A stretch of 64,000 nucleotides of DNA, taken from positions 1,760,001 through 1,824,000 of the forward strand of contig CP166615.1 in NCBI GenBank assembly GCA_041937175.2, given 5' to 3'. A program made the translations under genes and the position numbers. Positions 63,637 through 64,000 of this stretch are shown one piece after another (the first letter of the stretch is position 1; every line of letters begins with the position of its first letter). Source of the stretch: Limnothrix sp. BL-A-16 (GTDB taxonomy: Bacteria; Cyanobacteriota; Cyanobacteriia; CACIAM-69d). The notes under the pieces are model-generated. The model saw nothing but the letters and a program-made list of their open reading frames with translations. It ran no database searches and had not been told where the DNA came from.

Positions 63637-64000
63637 CATTGCCAGGGCCCTGAACCCACCTCCTGATCGCTCCCCCTCATTTTGAGCGCCTTCGAGCCTC
63701 AGCCCCTGCGGGATGGTCATGGGTTCAGGGCCATGCCTGCTCGATCGCCCAATCCAATTAACTGATTAACTGAACTTATTAGATTGATCCATGAGATCAA
63801 GTCATCGGATCAAAAATTCAGCGTGCCTTATGCAAATTACTACGAAATAGTTTCAGTAAGTTACTGAATTTTGCCAACTAGTGAGCTATTGCCGATCGCT
63901 CAATGGCAGATTGTGTTTGCCAAGCAAATTCATGCTATTTCCGCAGGCGCAATGTAGCTTTTTTAGCAAGGTTGCCGAGGCGAAAACTCATAATTCTTGA

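Noticed and set aside
63646..63732. 13-bp inverted repeat downstream of futA
   Set aside because: Single occurrence, long loop, no target duplication or T-run; cannot be assigned.

Overview
A 64-kb chromosomal segment from a cyanobacterium. The evidence is psaD, petL, the sufR-ftrC-sufBCDS block and very dense HIP1 (GCGATCGC) sites; a filamentous genus such as Limnothrix is only a guess. Most of it is housekeeping: trpE (partial), psaD, tRNA-Asp, carB, the suf locus, aroB, bicA-nhaS3, corA, manC-PMM, crp, bolA-grxD, HU, a U32 protein and futA. No CRISPR array, prophage, transposase or rRNA was seen. Three things stand out. (1) Two tandem membrane receptor Ser/Thr kinase-TPR genes: the first is an intact pseudokinase with every catalytic motif substituted, the second is canonical. 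(2) A network of non-autonomous repeats: about 15 copies of a 22-bp palindrome (ACAAGGGGCTTAAGCCCCTTGT) sit in the middle of three MITE families with different ends, serve as the insertion target of one of them (MITE nested in MITE), and are translated in frame inside the U32 gene. (3) Two adjacent proteins without signal peptides (a beta-helix protein and an FAD oxidoreductase) share a paralogous six-SLH tail. All calls were made by eye from motifs; no database searches were run.
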